Below are positions 40,009 through 49,546 of a stretch of DNA of 64,000 nt, piece after piece. Where the stretch lies: assembly GCA_041736175.1 (NCBI GenBank), contig JBGSUI010000217.1:32001-96000 (forward strand). Direction: 5' to 3'. Position numbers and translations under genes: made by a program. Origin of the DNA: Oligoflexales bacterium (GTDB lineage: Bacteria > Bdellovibrionota_B > Oligoflexia > Oligoflexales > CAIYRB01). A model generated the notes under the pieces. The model saw only the letters and a program-made list of their open reading frames with translations, ran no database searches and had not been told where the DNA came from. Position 1 is the stretch's first letter; each line of letters begins with the position of its first letter.

Positions 40009-40788
40009 TTAGCGGATTGCTACCGTGGCTTGCAACATTTGGTCTCCTGTTTGGATGACTTTTGAATTCATCTCGTAGGCTCTTTGTCCAGCGATCATAT
40101 TGACCATCTCTTCAACAATATTGACATTAGAAGATTCCAACTGTTGGTGATAGATGGCACCCATACCATTTTGGTTTGCTGTGCCAACGATAGGCTCTCC
40201 ACTTGCAACCGTGGCAGCAAAAAGGTTGCGCCCCTTGGCTTGGAGCCCTACAGGATTGATAAAATTAGCAAGTTGGAGCTGCCCGAGTTCGAGTTTTTCA
40301 TTGCCTACTTTAACGGTCACCACACCGTCAAGCCCGACGACTAGTTCTGTGGCGCCGGCAGGTCTGACGATTTCGTCGACCAGAGGAAAACCATCTTGAT
40401 TGACCAACCGTCCGGTATTATCCCATTTAAAGTTGCCGTCCCGGGTATAAGAAATAGTCCCATCATCGAGCTGGACTCTAAAAAATCCATCACCAACGAT
40501 CATCATATCCGAATCGTTTCCGGTCATGCGGAAACTGCCGGTGGTAAACATTTTATCCACAGAGGAAAGCTTGGCTCCTGATCCGATTTGAATCCCGCCG
40601 GGCACCACAGTGCCGGTGGTCGCGTTTTGACCAGGCGCTCTGAGGGTTTGGTACAATAGATCGTGGAAATTTGCCCTCGATTTCTTAAAGGCAGTGGTAT
40701 TGACGTTGGCCAAGTTGTTAGATATGACGTCAATGTTTTGCTGCATGGCCTCCATGCCCGTGGCCGCAGTGTGGAGTAATCGCATCAT
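40009..40788 (-). CDS. flgG: flagellar distal rod protein
   Basis: ISNNLANVNTTAFKKSR, YTRDGNF, LESSNVNIVEEMVNMI, QRAYEMNSK. Confidence 0.96.
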   Translation of the reverse strand: MMRLLHTAATGMEAMQQNIDVISNNLANVNTTAFKKSRANFHDLLYQTLRAPGQNATTGTVVPGGIQIGSGAKLSSVDKMFTTGSFRMTGNDSDMMIVGDGFFRVQLDDGTISYTRDGNFKWDNTGRLVNQDGFPLVDEIVRPAGATELVVGLDGVVTVKVGNEKLELGQLQLANFINPVGLQAKGRNLFAATVASGEPIVGTANQNGMGAIYHQQLESSNVNIVEEMVNMIAGQRAYEMNSKVIQTGDQMLQATVAIR

Positions 40789-40815
40789 AGTAGTTTTCTC
40801 CCCTTAAAAATATCC

Positions 40816-41604
40816 TTAGGCTCTAACAGCCCCCAGATTATTGCTTGATTTTTGCATGATTTGGTCAAATTGGCTGACTGCCTTTTGGTAGGACTCGTAG
40901 GACCTATGGGCGATAATTAAATCCGTTAGGTTTTTAATGGCGTTAATATTGGAACCCTCTAACCAACCCTGCTGGATGGATGGGGATCCCACCGCGATTC
41001 TCTCCTCCGGCGGTCCACCAAAAAAGAAGAAATTATTGCCCACCCTTTCGAGGCTTTCATCATTTTTAAAGGTCCAGCAGTTGAGTTTATCGACGAATTT
41101 ACCGTTTTGCCAGACCTCGCCTAAACCTCTAATTTCAAATTGGCCATTACGCAGGGGGATGGATCCTTTTTGGCCAACCACAGGATAGCCATCCTTTGAA
41201 ACCAGCATTCCATCGCGGGACAATGAAAAGGATCCGCTCCGCGTATAGCGAGGCCCATCTGGTGTTTGCACTTCAAACATTCCTTGGCCTTCAATCATAA
41301 AATCAAGGGGATTCTTGGTTTCAATGGCAGGCCCCTGGGTTGTATCCCGCTGCAAATCAGCAACCCCGACATAGAGGATTTCGTTACCTTTAAGATACTG
41401 AAGATCCTCGATACCAACTTTATAGTTTGCTGGCGGAAGCGGATCAGTATACCTCTTTTCAGGCTCAGGTTCTAAGACGGTAAAGGTGATACGGTCACCC
41501 TTAAAACCAACCGTGTTGGTGTTCGCCATATTGTTGGCGATAATTTCCAAAACTCTGTCTTGGGCCAGAGCACCAGAGAGGGGGGTGTAGATGCTTTTTA
41601 ACAT
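40816..41604 (-). CDS. flgF: flagellar rod protein FlgF (start at MLKSIYT)
   Basis: IANNMANTNTVGFK, YTRSGSF, LEGSN; upstream of flgG. Confidence 0.88.
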   Translation of the reverse strand: MLKSIYTPLSGALAQDRVLEIIANNMANTNTVGFKGDRITFTVLEPEPEKRYTDPLPPANYKVGIEDLQYLKGNEILYVGVADLQRDTTQGPAIETKNPLDFMIEGQGMFEVQTPDGPRYTRSGSFSLSRDGMLVSKDGYPVVGQKGSIPLRNGQFEIRGLGEVWQNGKFVDKLNCWTFKNDESLERVGNNFFFFGGPPEERIAVGSPSIQQGWLEGSNINAIKNLTDLIIAHRSYESYQKAVSQFDQIMQKSSNNLGAVRA

Positions 41605-41652
41605 AAACTCACCGAAGGCCGTGGGTAAAAAAAGAAAGGCTCCCTTAACAAG

Positions 41653-41668
41653 AGCAAAGTTCATGCCA
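41653..41668 (-). promoter_or_regulatory. sigma54 promoter of the flgF operon
   Basis: Minus strand TGGCATGAACTTTGCT. Confidence 0.8.
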
Positions 41669-41878
41669 GGCAAATCCGCAGAGATCCAGGTTTAAGTCTC
41701 GGGCTAAGATCTAGTTAATCCCGCAGGAGATAAACTCCTCTTTTGGAGATTCCTAAATTTTTAAGTCGTCAAAAGATTGGTGTTTTCAAAAGATGAAGAG
41801 TCAAAATTAAGGTGCCAAAATTATGACTCACCAGAGGCAACAAAAAGGATTTAATACCGGAGAGTTGTCAGAATATTT

Positions 41879-41905
41879 TAAAGTTTTTTCTTAAAATCCC
41901 GATGA
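41879..41905 (+). promoter_or_regulatory. candidate sigma28 promoter upstream of higA
   Basis: TAAAGTTT-N11-CCCGATGA versus consensus TAAAGTTT-N11-GCCGATAA. Confidence 0.6.
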
Positions 41906-41967
41906 GGTAGCGGCGAACATTTCAAAGTGATATATTTCAGAATGAAAAAAAGAGAAGGAATCAGACA

Positions 41968-42438
41968 ATGGCAAACCAATTTGAGCAGCAAGATGACAAA
42001 GTCCAAAAATATGGCTTTAAGAAATTAGCGTATAGCAAAGAAACTCTTTTTGAGTACCGTCCACTAGTTCCTATCAAGACGGAAGAAGATTATCAGGCAA
42101 GTATGGATAATCTAGATATTTTAATGAATTTGGCTCGGGATCACGAAAAAGAGTTCAATCGCCTCACAAGAGATGGCGCTTATTTGGCCGAGCTTGCTAA
42201 ATTTATTGAAGAATACGAATCTAATGCTGCTCCCCAAGATGATGAAGTTACTGGACTGGAAATGCTTAAGTTTCTTATGGAACAGAATTCTTTAACACAA
42301 AAAAGCCTATCAGATATGCTTTTTGGTGGTCATCAAGGAAACTTATCTCAGATACTTAAGGGTAAACGAGAGTTAACTGTCGACCATATCAGAAAGCTTA
42401 GCAAGCACTTTAAAATATCACCGGCAGCTTTTATTTGA
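41968..42438 (+). CDS. higA: HigA-type HTH antitoxin
   Basis: IKTEEDY, IEEYE, LKFLMEQNSLTQKSL...LSQILKGKRELTVDHIRKLSKHF. Confidence 0.88.
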   Translation: MANQFEQQDDKVQKYGFKKLAYSKETLFEYRPLVPIKTEEDYQASMDNLDILMNLARDHEKEFNRLTRDGAYLAELAKFIEEYESNAAPQDDEVTGLEMLKFLMEQNSLTQKSLSDMLFGGHQGNLSQILKGKRELTVDHIRKLSKHFKISPAAFI

Positions 42439-42728
42439 GAGTTTTAGGTACAAAAGTTATTACCGAAGCTAAAAAGACTCTTCCAGCTGATGCTAGAGTA
42501 GGGCTTAATGCCTGGCTCAAACTGATGAAAAACACAGACGCATCAAATCCTCTCGATATGCAAAAAATCTTTTCCTATATGGACCCCGTTCCACCGCAAA
42601 CTGTTTTCAACATCTGTGGAAATAAGTACCGACTTATAGCAAAGATAAACTATAAATTCAGAGTTGTTCGAGTGCAATACGTATTGAGTCACTCTGAATA
42701 TGACAAAAATACTTGGAAAGAAAAATAA
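42435..42728 (+). CDS. higB: HigB-type RelE-superfamily toxin (TTG start overlapping the higA stop)
   Basis: LNAW, VFNICGNKYRLIAKINY, SHSEYDK..W. Confidence 0.88.
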   Translation: MRVLGTKVITEAKKTLPADARVGLNAWLKLMKNTDASNPLDMQKIFSYMDPVPPQTVFNICGNKYRLIAKINYKFRVVRVQYVLSHSEYDKNTWKEK

Positions 42729-42731
42729 AGG

Positions 42732-44969
42732 TTATGGTTGAATACCCCCAAACTTCCATACAATCACCGACCGCCCGGGAATTTTCCACAGATAATGATC
42801 GCCTAAAACCTTGCAAACCTCGCCATCTTTATCGCTAAATTCCCTTGTTTGTAACTGATCACGACAATCAACCGAACCCACCACTCCAGAGATATCAAAT
42901 CCAGTCCCTTTGGAGGTGTCGTGGCCGTCTGGCGCAGCAAAGGGTCTTTCGGGCATTTCAAACTCCTGCTCGGTTCTTCCGAAATTTAACATGCCAAAAA
43001 TGGATTCGCCGGATGAGTTTTGCCAGTGGTATTGCAAAAGATCGGACGTTGAGGGTAATGAGGTCAAAGCATCCGCGAATCCTAAAGCCGAAAGAAGGAT
43101 CTGGGAAGAGTCGGGGCTCTCTTCGGGCACAAAACAAAAATGAGTCAATGTTCCGCCAGGTGATCCCTTATCTGAAAATGTATCTTCTAATACCTGGTAT
43201 TGGATGATTGCTGGAGAACCCTCGTAGATTCCCGAGGTGAAATGGGCCAAGCACCCCCAATGGGTCGCATTTTGAATGGAGATTTTTTCGGCCCAGATGC
43301 TACCCTTTAACCTAACTTTTGAGTTATGGACAAACACCTCATCATGTTCATCCTCAGCCAGAGGGCCATGCTCGACAAAGCAAAAATCAGCATCGCCTAG
43401 GGGGCTATGGGGAAACGGGCTCATGCCGTTGTTAAGCGTTTTCATCGCGGTCCGCGGCATCGTCAGGATTTTACCACCCGCAGCGATAAACTCAGCCATA
43501 AAAGTCCGGTCCTGCTCCTTCCACTCAAAAGCGTAGGATGGTATAAAGAGACTACGAACTTTTGTCCCATAGGTCACCCCAAAGGGATCCTGACGGCACA
43601 AAAATTCTCTGGCTGCTCCCAGATGAGGCACCATCATCACACCGATGCCTAAACTAAAAAGAGGCTGAAGCCAGCTTTCTAAAAGTTTTTGAAACCTCCA
43701 TAGATGGGTCTGAGGCAATATACTGTGGGCCCAAATACTTTCAAAATCGTAGACAACCAAAACTCTGACGGGAAAGTGAAAAGGCTCTGACCCCGGAAGA
43801 TGGGTCGAGACCTTGGTAAAAAACTGGTGTTGTGCCGCGATCATAGCCTCTGCGGAAGTAGTTTTGACGCGAACATCGTGGGACCTTATGCCTTCATGGT
43901 ACTGCTCAGACCCTCCATAAAACCTTTGCCAGCTAAAATAAAGTTGGGTAGAAGCCCCTGAAAAAGCCGCCTGCATCCCCCAAAGGAACAGCCAGTCAGC
44001 AGCAAAACGGCGATTAAGGGACTGCCAATTGACTTGTAATGGTTGTTGCTCCAAAATCATAAATTTTTGATTGGATTTAAAGGACCGCATCAGAGCAAAT
44101 TGGCATGCAGAACCCACTGGATTAGGGCGTTCTGAAGTCTGGTAATGGTCATAACCCACCACGTCGAGGTCTTGGGTCATCGTCCATAAACAAAGATCTT
44201 CAAACATTGGGATATAATTGTGGGTTATCCATCTTTTAGGCGACTTAGTGCGCAGGACCTCGATCTGAGCCTTTTGAAATTGAAGGAAACCATGAGTCAT
44301 AAATCTATAGAAATCTAGCTCTAGATGTGGATTGGGGGGATTGAGGGTGGTCTGTGGCAGGATGATCTCAGAAAAATCTCGATAGTTCATAGACCAAAAG
44401 GCATTAAAATGAGCCTTGTTTAGCTTATCAAGATCGCCTCCATAGCGATTCTTGATCCATTTGCGAAAAGCCTCTAGGGAATCAGTCGTAAAAGACCTTG
44501 AAGATGTGTGATGACCAAACTCGTTGTCGACTTGCCAACCGACAACAGCGGGGTGGTTTCCAAATAAATCACCGTAGAGACCGCATATCCTGCGGCTTTC
44601 CTCTAGGTAGCGGCTGCTCCACGGATCATAATGGCGCCTCCCACCAAAAGGGATCCGGTATCCATGACGGTCAACCAAAAGGATTTCAGGATATCGGTCG
44701 CAAAGCCATTTTGGCGGGGTCGCTGTGGGAGTACAAAAAAGCACCTGAATTTGCCTTGAGTGGGCTTCATCAAGAGCTTTCAGAAACACCTGGGGCCGCA
44801 ATTCCCCTGGACCAGGCTCTACGTGGGACCAGCTAAATTCGCCCATTCGAATAAGCTTAAGCCCTAACTCCACCATCCGATCTAAATCGTTCTTAATTTG
44901 GACATCTGGAGACTCCTGTATATAGTCAGGATAGTAGGATGCACCAAGTGTTAGCCAGTGGTTTTCCAA
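42732..44969 (-). CDS. GH42 beta-galactosidase
   Basis: GASYYP, RMGEFSWSHVEP, TPTATPPKWL, WQVDNEF, ILEQQP, GSEQYH. Confidence 0.92.
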   Translation of the reverse strand: MENHWLTLGASYYPDYIQESPDVQIKNDLDRMVELGLKLIRMGEFSWSHVEPGPGELRPQVFLKALDEAHSRQIQVLFCTPTATPPKWLCDRYPEILLVDRHGYRIPFGGRRHYDPWSSRYLEESRRICGLYGDLFGNHPAVVGWQVDNEFGHHTSSRSFTTDSLEAFRKWIKNRYGGDLDKLNKAHFNAFWSMNYRDFSEIILPQTTLNPPNPHLELDFYRFMTHGFLQFQKAQIEVLRTKSPKRWITHNYIPMFEDLCLWTMTQDLDVVGYDHYQTSERPNPVGSACQFALMRSFKSNQKFMILEQQPLQVNWQSLNRRFAADWLFLWGMQAAFSGASTQLYFSWQRFYGGSEQYHEGIRSHDVRVKTTSAEAMIAAQHQFFTKVSTHLPGSEPFHFPVRVLVVYDFESIWAHSILPQTHLWRFQKLLESWLQPLFSLGIGVMMVPHLGAAREFLCRQDPFGVTYGTKVRSLFIPSYAFEWKEQDRTFMAEFIAAGGKILTMPRTAMKTLNNGMSPFPHSPLGDADFCFVEHGPLAEDEHDEVFVHNSKVRLKGSIWAEKISIQNATHWGCLAHFTSGIYEGSPAIIQYQVLEDTFSDKGSPGGTLTHFCFVPEESPDSSQILLSALGFADALTSLPSTSDLLQYHWQNSSGESIFGMLNFGRTEQEFEMPERPFAAPDGHDTSKGTGFDISGVVGSVDCRDQLQTREFSDKDGEVCKVLGDHYLWKIPGRSVIVWKFGGIQP

Positions 44970-45062
44970 AGTCGCTCCCCTCGTGGGTCAAAGTCTTTAA
45001 ATCCACACTCTAACCAACTTGACGGAGCATCTGAGAGACGTCAACTATCATTTCTTTTTAAC

Positions 45063-45896
45063 TTAAATCGGTGCGGGCATCTCCAGCTTCAGTCCATTGA
45101 TGATGTTACGGACCTCAAGGCACACTTCGGGGCTTTCCGTATCGACACCACTACTGAGAGCGAGGCCAGTTCCCCCATTGAAATCTCCCGAAATGTAATT
45201 GAGAGTCAGAGATCCAGAAGTGCAGGAACCTTTCAGCCCGGCACCGCCAGTAGGTTGAGATAGGGTTTTTCCAGTGGGTAGACCTTTTTGGTCTAGTGCT
45301 GTTTTGATCTTAGGACAATAGGTGGTTTCCAGTTCAGTGGGTTGACCATTGATCATCCCGCCAGACATTTTAAAAGGCTGGACCCTGCCACCAAAGGCAA
45401 AGGAGATATTGAGGCCACCTTTGCAATCAACCGTGAGTTTGTGGGTCGGCTGGGGACCTGGTGGTGGTGGGGGAGGTGGGGGGGGTGGGGTCGGAACCTT
45501 TGGATCCCCTGCAGGGCTTGGTGGTGTCCCAGAAGTTGGATCGGTAGAGGTTTTTGTCGAAGTCCCTGGATCACTCGTCGTTGTTCCATTATTTGGGGTC
45601 TGGATTTCCGTGGGCCCGGCTGGAGCCGTTGTGCCAAGAGATTCCGGCGATGGGCTTGAAGTCTCTGGCGCGCCTTCTGCCCTTTGGGTTTGATCCCCAT
45701 CCGCTGTCGTGGCACCTTTTTCGACAACATTTTTGTAATTTTGGTCGGTCTTTGGAGTTGGAGGTTTAGATTGATCACATCCGATCCAACCGAAAGCTAC
45801 CAATCCTGTCGCCAGGAAAGTAAACAGGGAAACGGCAATACGCCATCTCCCACTCTTGCCCGTATAGTCAGATTTGTACCGCGCCGATGGTTTCAT
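45063..45896 (-). CDS. Pro/Thr-rich hypothetical lipoprotein (start at MKPSARY)
   Basis: AGGAG SD; hydrophobic stretch + WIGC; poly-Pro linker; C-terminal domain with 4 Cys. Confidence 0.7.
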   Translation of the reverse strand: MKPSARYKSDYTGKSGRWRIAVSLFTFLATGLVAFGWIGCDQSKPPTPKTDQNYKNVVEKGATTADGDQTQRAEGAPETSSPSPESLGTTAPAGPTEIQTPNNGTTTSDPGTSTKTSTDPTSGTPPSPAGDPKVPTPPPPPPPPPPGPQPTHKLTVDCKGGLNISFAFGGRVQPFKMSGGMINGQPTELETTYCPKIKTALDQKGLPTGKTLSQPTGGAGLKGSCTSGSLTLNYISGDFNGGTGLALSSGVDTESPEVCLEVRNIINGLKLEMPAPI

Positions 45897-46124
45897 AAAG
45901 TCTCCTTTCCTAGACATCTTACTATCTCATCGGAACGAATCCCGTCTGTCTGTAGGAATTCCCTATTTTTATTTATAATCAGATAGTTATAACTTTACAT
46001 TTTGAGTCTTCCTAGATTCACTATGGTTGCTCAAAGAAAACCAGTATGATTGTAGGGAAGCCTTTAGGATCCTTTTCAATTTTTTGTCTCCGATTCACAG
46101 ATGACTTAGGTTTAGGGAGGTTTT

Positions 46125-47729
46125 ATGGGAACGAATCAAATGGGATCAAACCTCTGTATACTGCTCAAAAACTCAGTCGATATGTTCCCTGATAAACTTG
46201 CCCTTAGATCTTTTTTTCAATCCTGGACCTACCACGACCTCTGGCATGAAGTCGGCCGCATCTCCAATGGATTTGACCATATCAGCACGCCTGCAAGGAC
46301 CCATGTGGGCATCTTTCTGCCTAACTGTGTCGAATACACTTTATTTTATTATGGAGTCCATGCCTCAGGACGGGTCATCATCCCCATAAATCCCATGCTT
46401 AAACCTGAAGAACTGGCTATCCAACTTGACGATGGCGATGTCCATGACCTCGTCACGATCGACGCGCTCCTCCCCACGGTATCAAAAGCTTTCGCCCTCG
46501 CTCCTAAACTCAAGAGATCGATTCACAAGATCGTACTCATTGATGGTCTCAAACACCATCATGATCAGCTTGATCCCCTTGAAATAGACCCTGACCAATT
46601 CATTACCCATAAACAACTCGTCCATGATCAAAAAGCATTGAATTCACCTTTTCCTACCCAGCCGCAGGACACCGCCGTGATCCTATATACCTCGGGCACC
46701 ACGGGTAAACCAAAAGGTGCTGAACTCTCTCACGCAAACCTCATATCTAATGTTGAGACTCTAAAAAGTCTCCACCCAAAAATCACCGCGCTTTCCTGGA
46801 ACGCTCTGCTCGCCCTCCCGCTCTTTCATAGCTTTGGCCAGACTGTAATCCAAAACACCACTCTCGCCCTTGGAGGTTCGATGATGGTGATGGAACGCTA
46901 TGACCCCTGGCAGGTTGCCCAATGGATAGAAACCCACAAAATAACGGTCTTTGCTGGTGTACCGACGATGTACTATGGCCTGCTCCATCACCCTTCTATC
47001 ACAGCACAGATGCTTAAAACATTGCAGCTATGCCTTTGCGGTGGAGCTCCCATGCCCGAAGATGTTATGAAACGCTTTGACGAAACCTTCCATGCAAACA
47101 TCGTAGAAGCCTATGGTCTTTCCGAAACATCTCCTGTGGCGTCGATCAATCCACCTTTTGCGACCAAAAAAATGGGAAGTATTGGTAAACCGATTCCAAA
47201 TGTAGAGTTTCGTCTTATAGATGGACAGGACCAGATCATTGAGTCCGCAAATATCACGGGCGAGCTCTACATCAAAGGACCCAATGTTATGAAAGGCTAT
47301 TATAAAAAACCGGCTGAAACCGCCGAAGCCTTACAAAATGGGTGGTTTAAAACGGGGGACCTTGCGGAGCGGGATACTGATGGGTTTTATAGATTGGTCG
47401 ATCGGGCCAAAGACCTTATCATCCGCGGAGGTTTTAATGTTTATCCCCGCGAAATCGAAGAACGCCTCCACACCCATCCCGATGTCATCGAAGCCGCTGT
47501 GGTAGGCATCTCAGACGACAGACTTGGGGAAGAAGTCTGTGGCTATGTTTCACTTAGACCCGGAGCTAAGACGACCGAGCAGGATCTTGTAGAATTTTGT
47601 CGAGAACATTTGGCTGCTTATAAATATCCACGGCAGGTTCACATCGTCGACTCTTTACCCAAAGGACCGACAGGAAAAATCCTTAAAAGGGTCTTAAGGG
47701 ACCAATCTGCGCCAAACTCAAAAAACTAA
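46125..47729 (+). CDS. long-chain fatty acid-CoA ligase (AMP-binding)
   Basis: YTSGTTGKPKG, YGLSETSP, GWFKTGD, DRAKDLIIRGGFNVYPREIE, GPTGKILK. Confidence 0.92.
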   Translation: MGTNQMGSNLCILLKNSVDMFPDKLALRSFFQSWTYHDLWHEVGRISNGFDHISTPARTHVGIFLPNCVEYTLFYYGVHASGRVIIPINPMLKPEELAIQLDDGDVHDLVTIDALLPTVSKAFALAPKLKRSIHKIVLIDGLKHHHDQLDPLEIDPDQFITHKQLVHDQKALNSPFPTQPQDTAVILYTSGTTGKPKGAELSHANLISNVETLKSLHPKITALSWNALLALPLFHSFGQTVIQNTTLALGGSMMVMERYDPWQVAQWIETHKITVFAGVPTMYYGLLHHPSITAQMLKTLQLCLCGGAPMPEDVMKRFDETFHANIVEAYGLSETSPVASINPPFATKKMGSIGKPIPNVEFRLIDGQDQIIESANITGELYIKGPNVMKGYYKKPAETAEALQNGWFKTGDLAERDTDGFYRLVDRAKDLIIRGGFNVYPREIEERLHTHPDVIEAAVVGISDDRLGEEVCGYVSLRPGAKTTEQDLVEFCREHLAAYKYPRQVHIVDSLPKGPTGKILKRVLRDQSAPNSKN

Positions 47730-47740
47730 CTCCATTTTTA

Positions 47741-48517
47741 TTACGAGGACGATTTTAAGATTCGAGTGACTGCCGGACAAAGAGCTGCCATCCATAGCTC
47801 ATAGCCCAATCGAGACAGGTGTAAAAAATCCGGGCTCACCTCGGGCTGGAGGATGGTGGTGCCCCCTAAAAACAAGGGTGACAAATCCAAATACACGACC
47901 TGCCCCTGGGGCCACTCAAATTGAGCCAGCATCCGGTTGACGTTGCTGCGTTTGAGCCGACGGCTGGTATCGGCATCATGATCCATAGGAAAAAGGCCTA
48001 AGAGTAAGACGCGGGTTTCGGGAAATTGTCCCAATAACCGACCCACCATCAATTTAATCCCCGCAGCGATTTGTGCGGCTGTTTGACTTCCATTGTTGGT
48101 CCCACCTAAAAAAACTACAACTTTAGGTTTAATCCTCGCGAAATCTCCTTGGGACAGGCGCCATAGCATATGTTGGAGTCCATCGGACCAAATCCCTCCA
48201 TTAATCACCCCCTTTAAAACTTTGCAGCGATCCAAGAGATCTTGGTGACGGCGCCAACCCTGCATAATGGAGTCCCCGAAAAACAAAACCTCGTGATGAG
48301 GATGAGCTACGATCTCCTGCTTGATTTTGTCCCGGAGTTCGTTCCATGGAACCTCAGACTTTCGATCCTTAGGTATTAACCATCGGGTATCGGGCGACTC
48401 CATCGACTCAAAGCCTTCCTCCCCTGGACCTTGGTCTCCATGTTGGCAACTAACACCCATCGCAATGCTCGCTATCACGCACAGGAAAAGTGGCAGAGAC
48501 CTGATTGCCCCTTTCAT
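47741..48517 (-). CDS. SGNH/GDSL hydrolase lipoprotein (PAF-acetylhydrolase-like; start at MKGAIRS)
   Basis: FFGDSI, GTNN, DFLHL catalytic motifs; GVSC lipobox. Confidence 0.85.
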   Translation of the reverse strand: MKGAIRSLPLFLCVIASIAMGVSCQHGDQGPGEEGFESMESPDTRWLIPKDRKSEVPWNELRDKIKQEIVAHPHHEVLFFGDSIMQGWRRHQDLLDRCKVLKGVINGGIWSDGLQHMLWRLSQGDFARIKPKVVVFLGGTNNGSQTAAQIAAGIKLMVGRLLGQFPETRVLLLGLFPMDHDADTSRRLKRSNVNRMLAQFEWPQGQVVYLDLSPLFLGGTTILQPEVSPDFLHLSRLGYELWMAALCPAVTRILKSSS

Positions 48518-48571
48518 CCCTTTCCTCCATAGACTATTTGCAGGATAGATATATTTTTTGCACATCACGAT

Positions 48572-49468
48572 CTAAGAGACCATTTCAGAAGTTTCATCTT
48601 GGAATTTTTGGGCATCGACTCGGGCTAAAAGTCTGAGGATTTCTGCGACTTCTAATGGCTTTAGGACCACTTGAAAAACATCTAAGTTTAGAACCTTTCG
48701 CAGCGGCTCAATCAAATTTGGCTGGGACGTCAGCATTAACACAGGATGAGTATGATTTTTTAATTTCTGAAGCAGTTTTTTCAAGTCATCCATGGGCAGC
48801 CCATCCATGTCTAAGATCACGGGTAGTTTTTGTTCAATCGCCCTACGGATCAAGATGTCATTTTCTGCATCAAGGACCGGTCGGATCGATAGGGCTTTAA
48901 GAAGCTTTGAATAGAGGTCTCGGGTATCCCCAATTCCGACTACCACGACAACCAACTCCTCTAACCGAAGGGCTCCTGCATTGGCTTGTCCACTGGTCAT
49001 CCAAGCCAAAGCCAAATCTGTCACAGTGATCATCCCCAAGATATCATTGACATGGGTGCCTCCGAGGGTGATCGGAAAATGCCTGAGGCGTTTCTCTACA
49101 AAAAGTTTTCTCATATCTTCGAAGATCGACTCAAGCCTGACCATAATAACGGGTCGACTCATAACAGCCATCGCTTTTGCTGCCAATTTACCTTTAAGTT
49201 CGAGCAGAGTAAATTTTTGGACAATATCCCTCTCGGTTATAATTCCGACCACTTCGTGATTTTGATCGATAACGAGAACCGAACTAATATTGAGATCCCG
49301 CATTTGGGTTACAACCTCACCCATAGGGGTTTCTCCGGTCACAAAAATCACTCGTCTGCGAAGCATCTGCTTTAGCTCCTCGCTTTTCGGCTTTTTGCTT
49401 CGTCCCGAAGGATCAGGTTTATGGGAAGGATCCATGGGTGCTCCTCCAATCATGCCATTTTGCGCCAT
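48572..49468 (-). CDS. CBS-pair protein with C-terminal receiver-like domain
   Basis: VVGIITERDI, LRHFPI, GMITVTDL; ILDMD...MLTS...LKP. Confidence 0.8.
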   Translation of the reverse strand: MAQNGMIGGAPMDPSHKPDPSGRSKKPKSEELKQMLRRRVIFVTGETPMGEVVTQMRDLNISSVLVIDQNHEVVGIITERDIVQKFTLLELKGKLAAKAMAVMSRPVIMVRLESIFEDMRKLFVEKRLRHFPITLGGTHVNDILGMITVTDLALAWMTSGQANAGALRLEELVVVVVGIGDTRDLYSKLLKALSIRPVLDAENDILIRRAIEQKLPVILDMDGLPMDDLKKLLQKLKNHTHPVLMLTSQPNLIEPLRKVLNLDVFQVVLKPLEVAEILRLLARVDAQKFQDETSEMVS

Positions 49469-49546
49469 TGACTACATAGGTCTATGGTAACAAAACTGCA
49501 CCAAGATCACAAAAGAATCCACTCCGCACCCATCAGAGACTCTAGT

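Noticed and set aside
45455..45492. G-rich tract as a G-quadruplex or contingency repeat
   Set aside because: Explained by a poly-proline linker with mixed codons on the minus strand.
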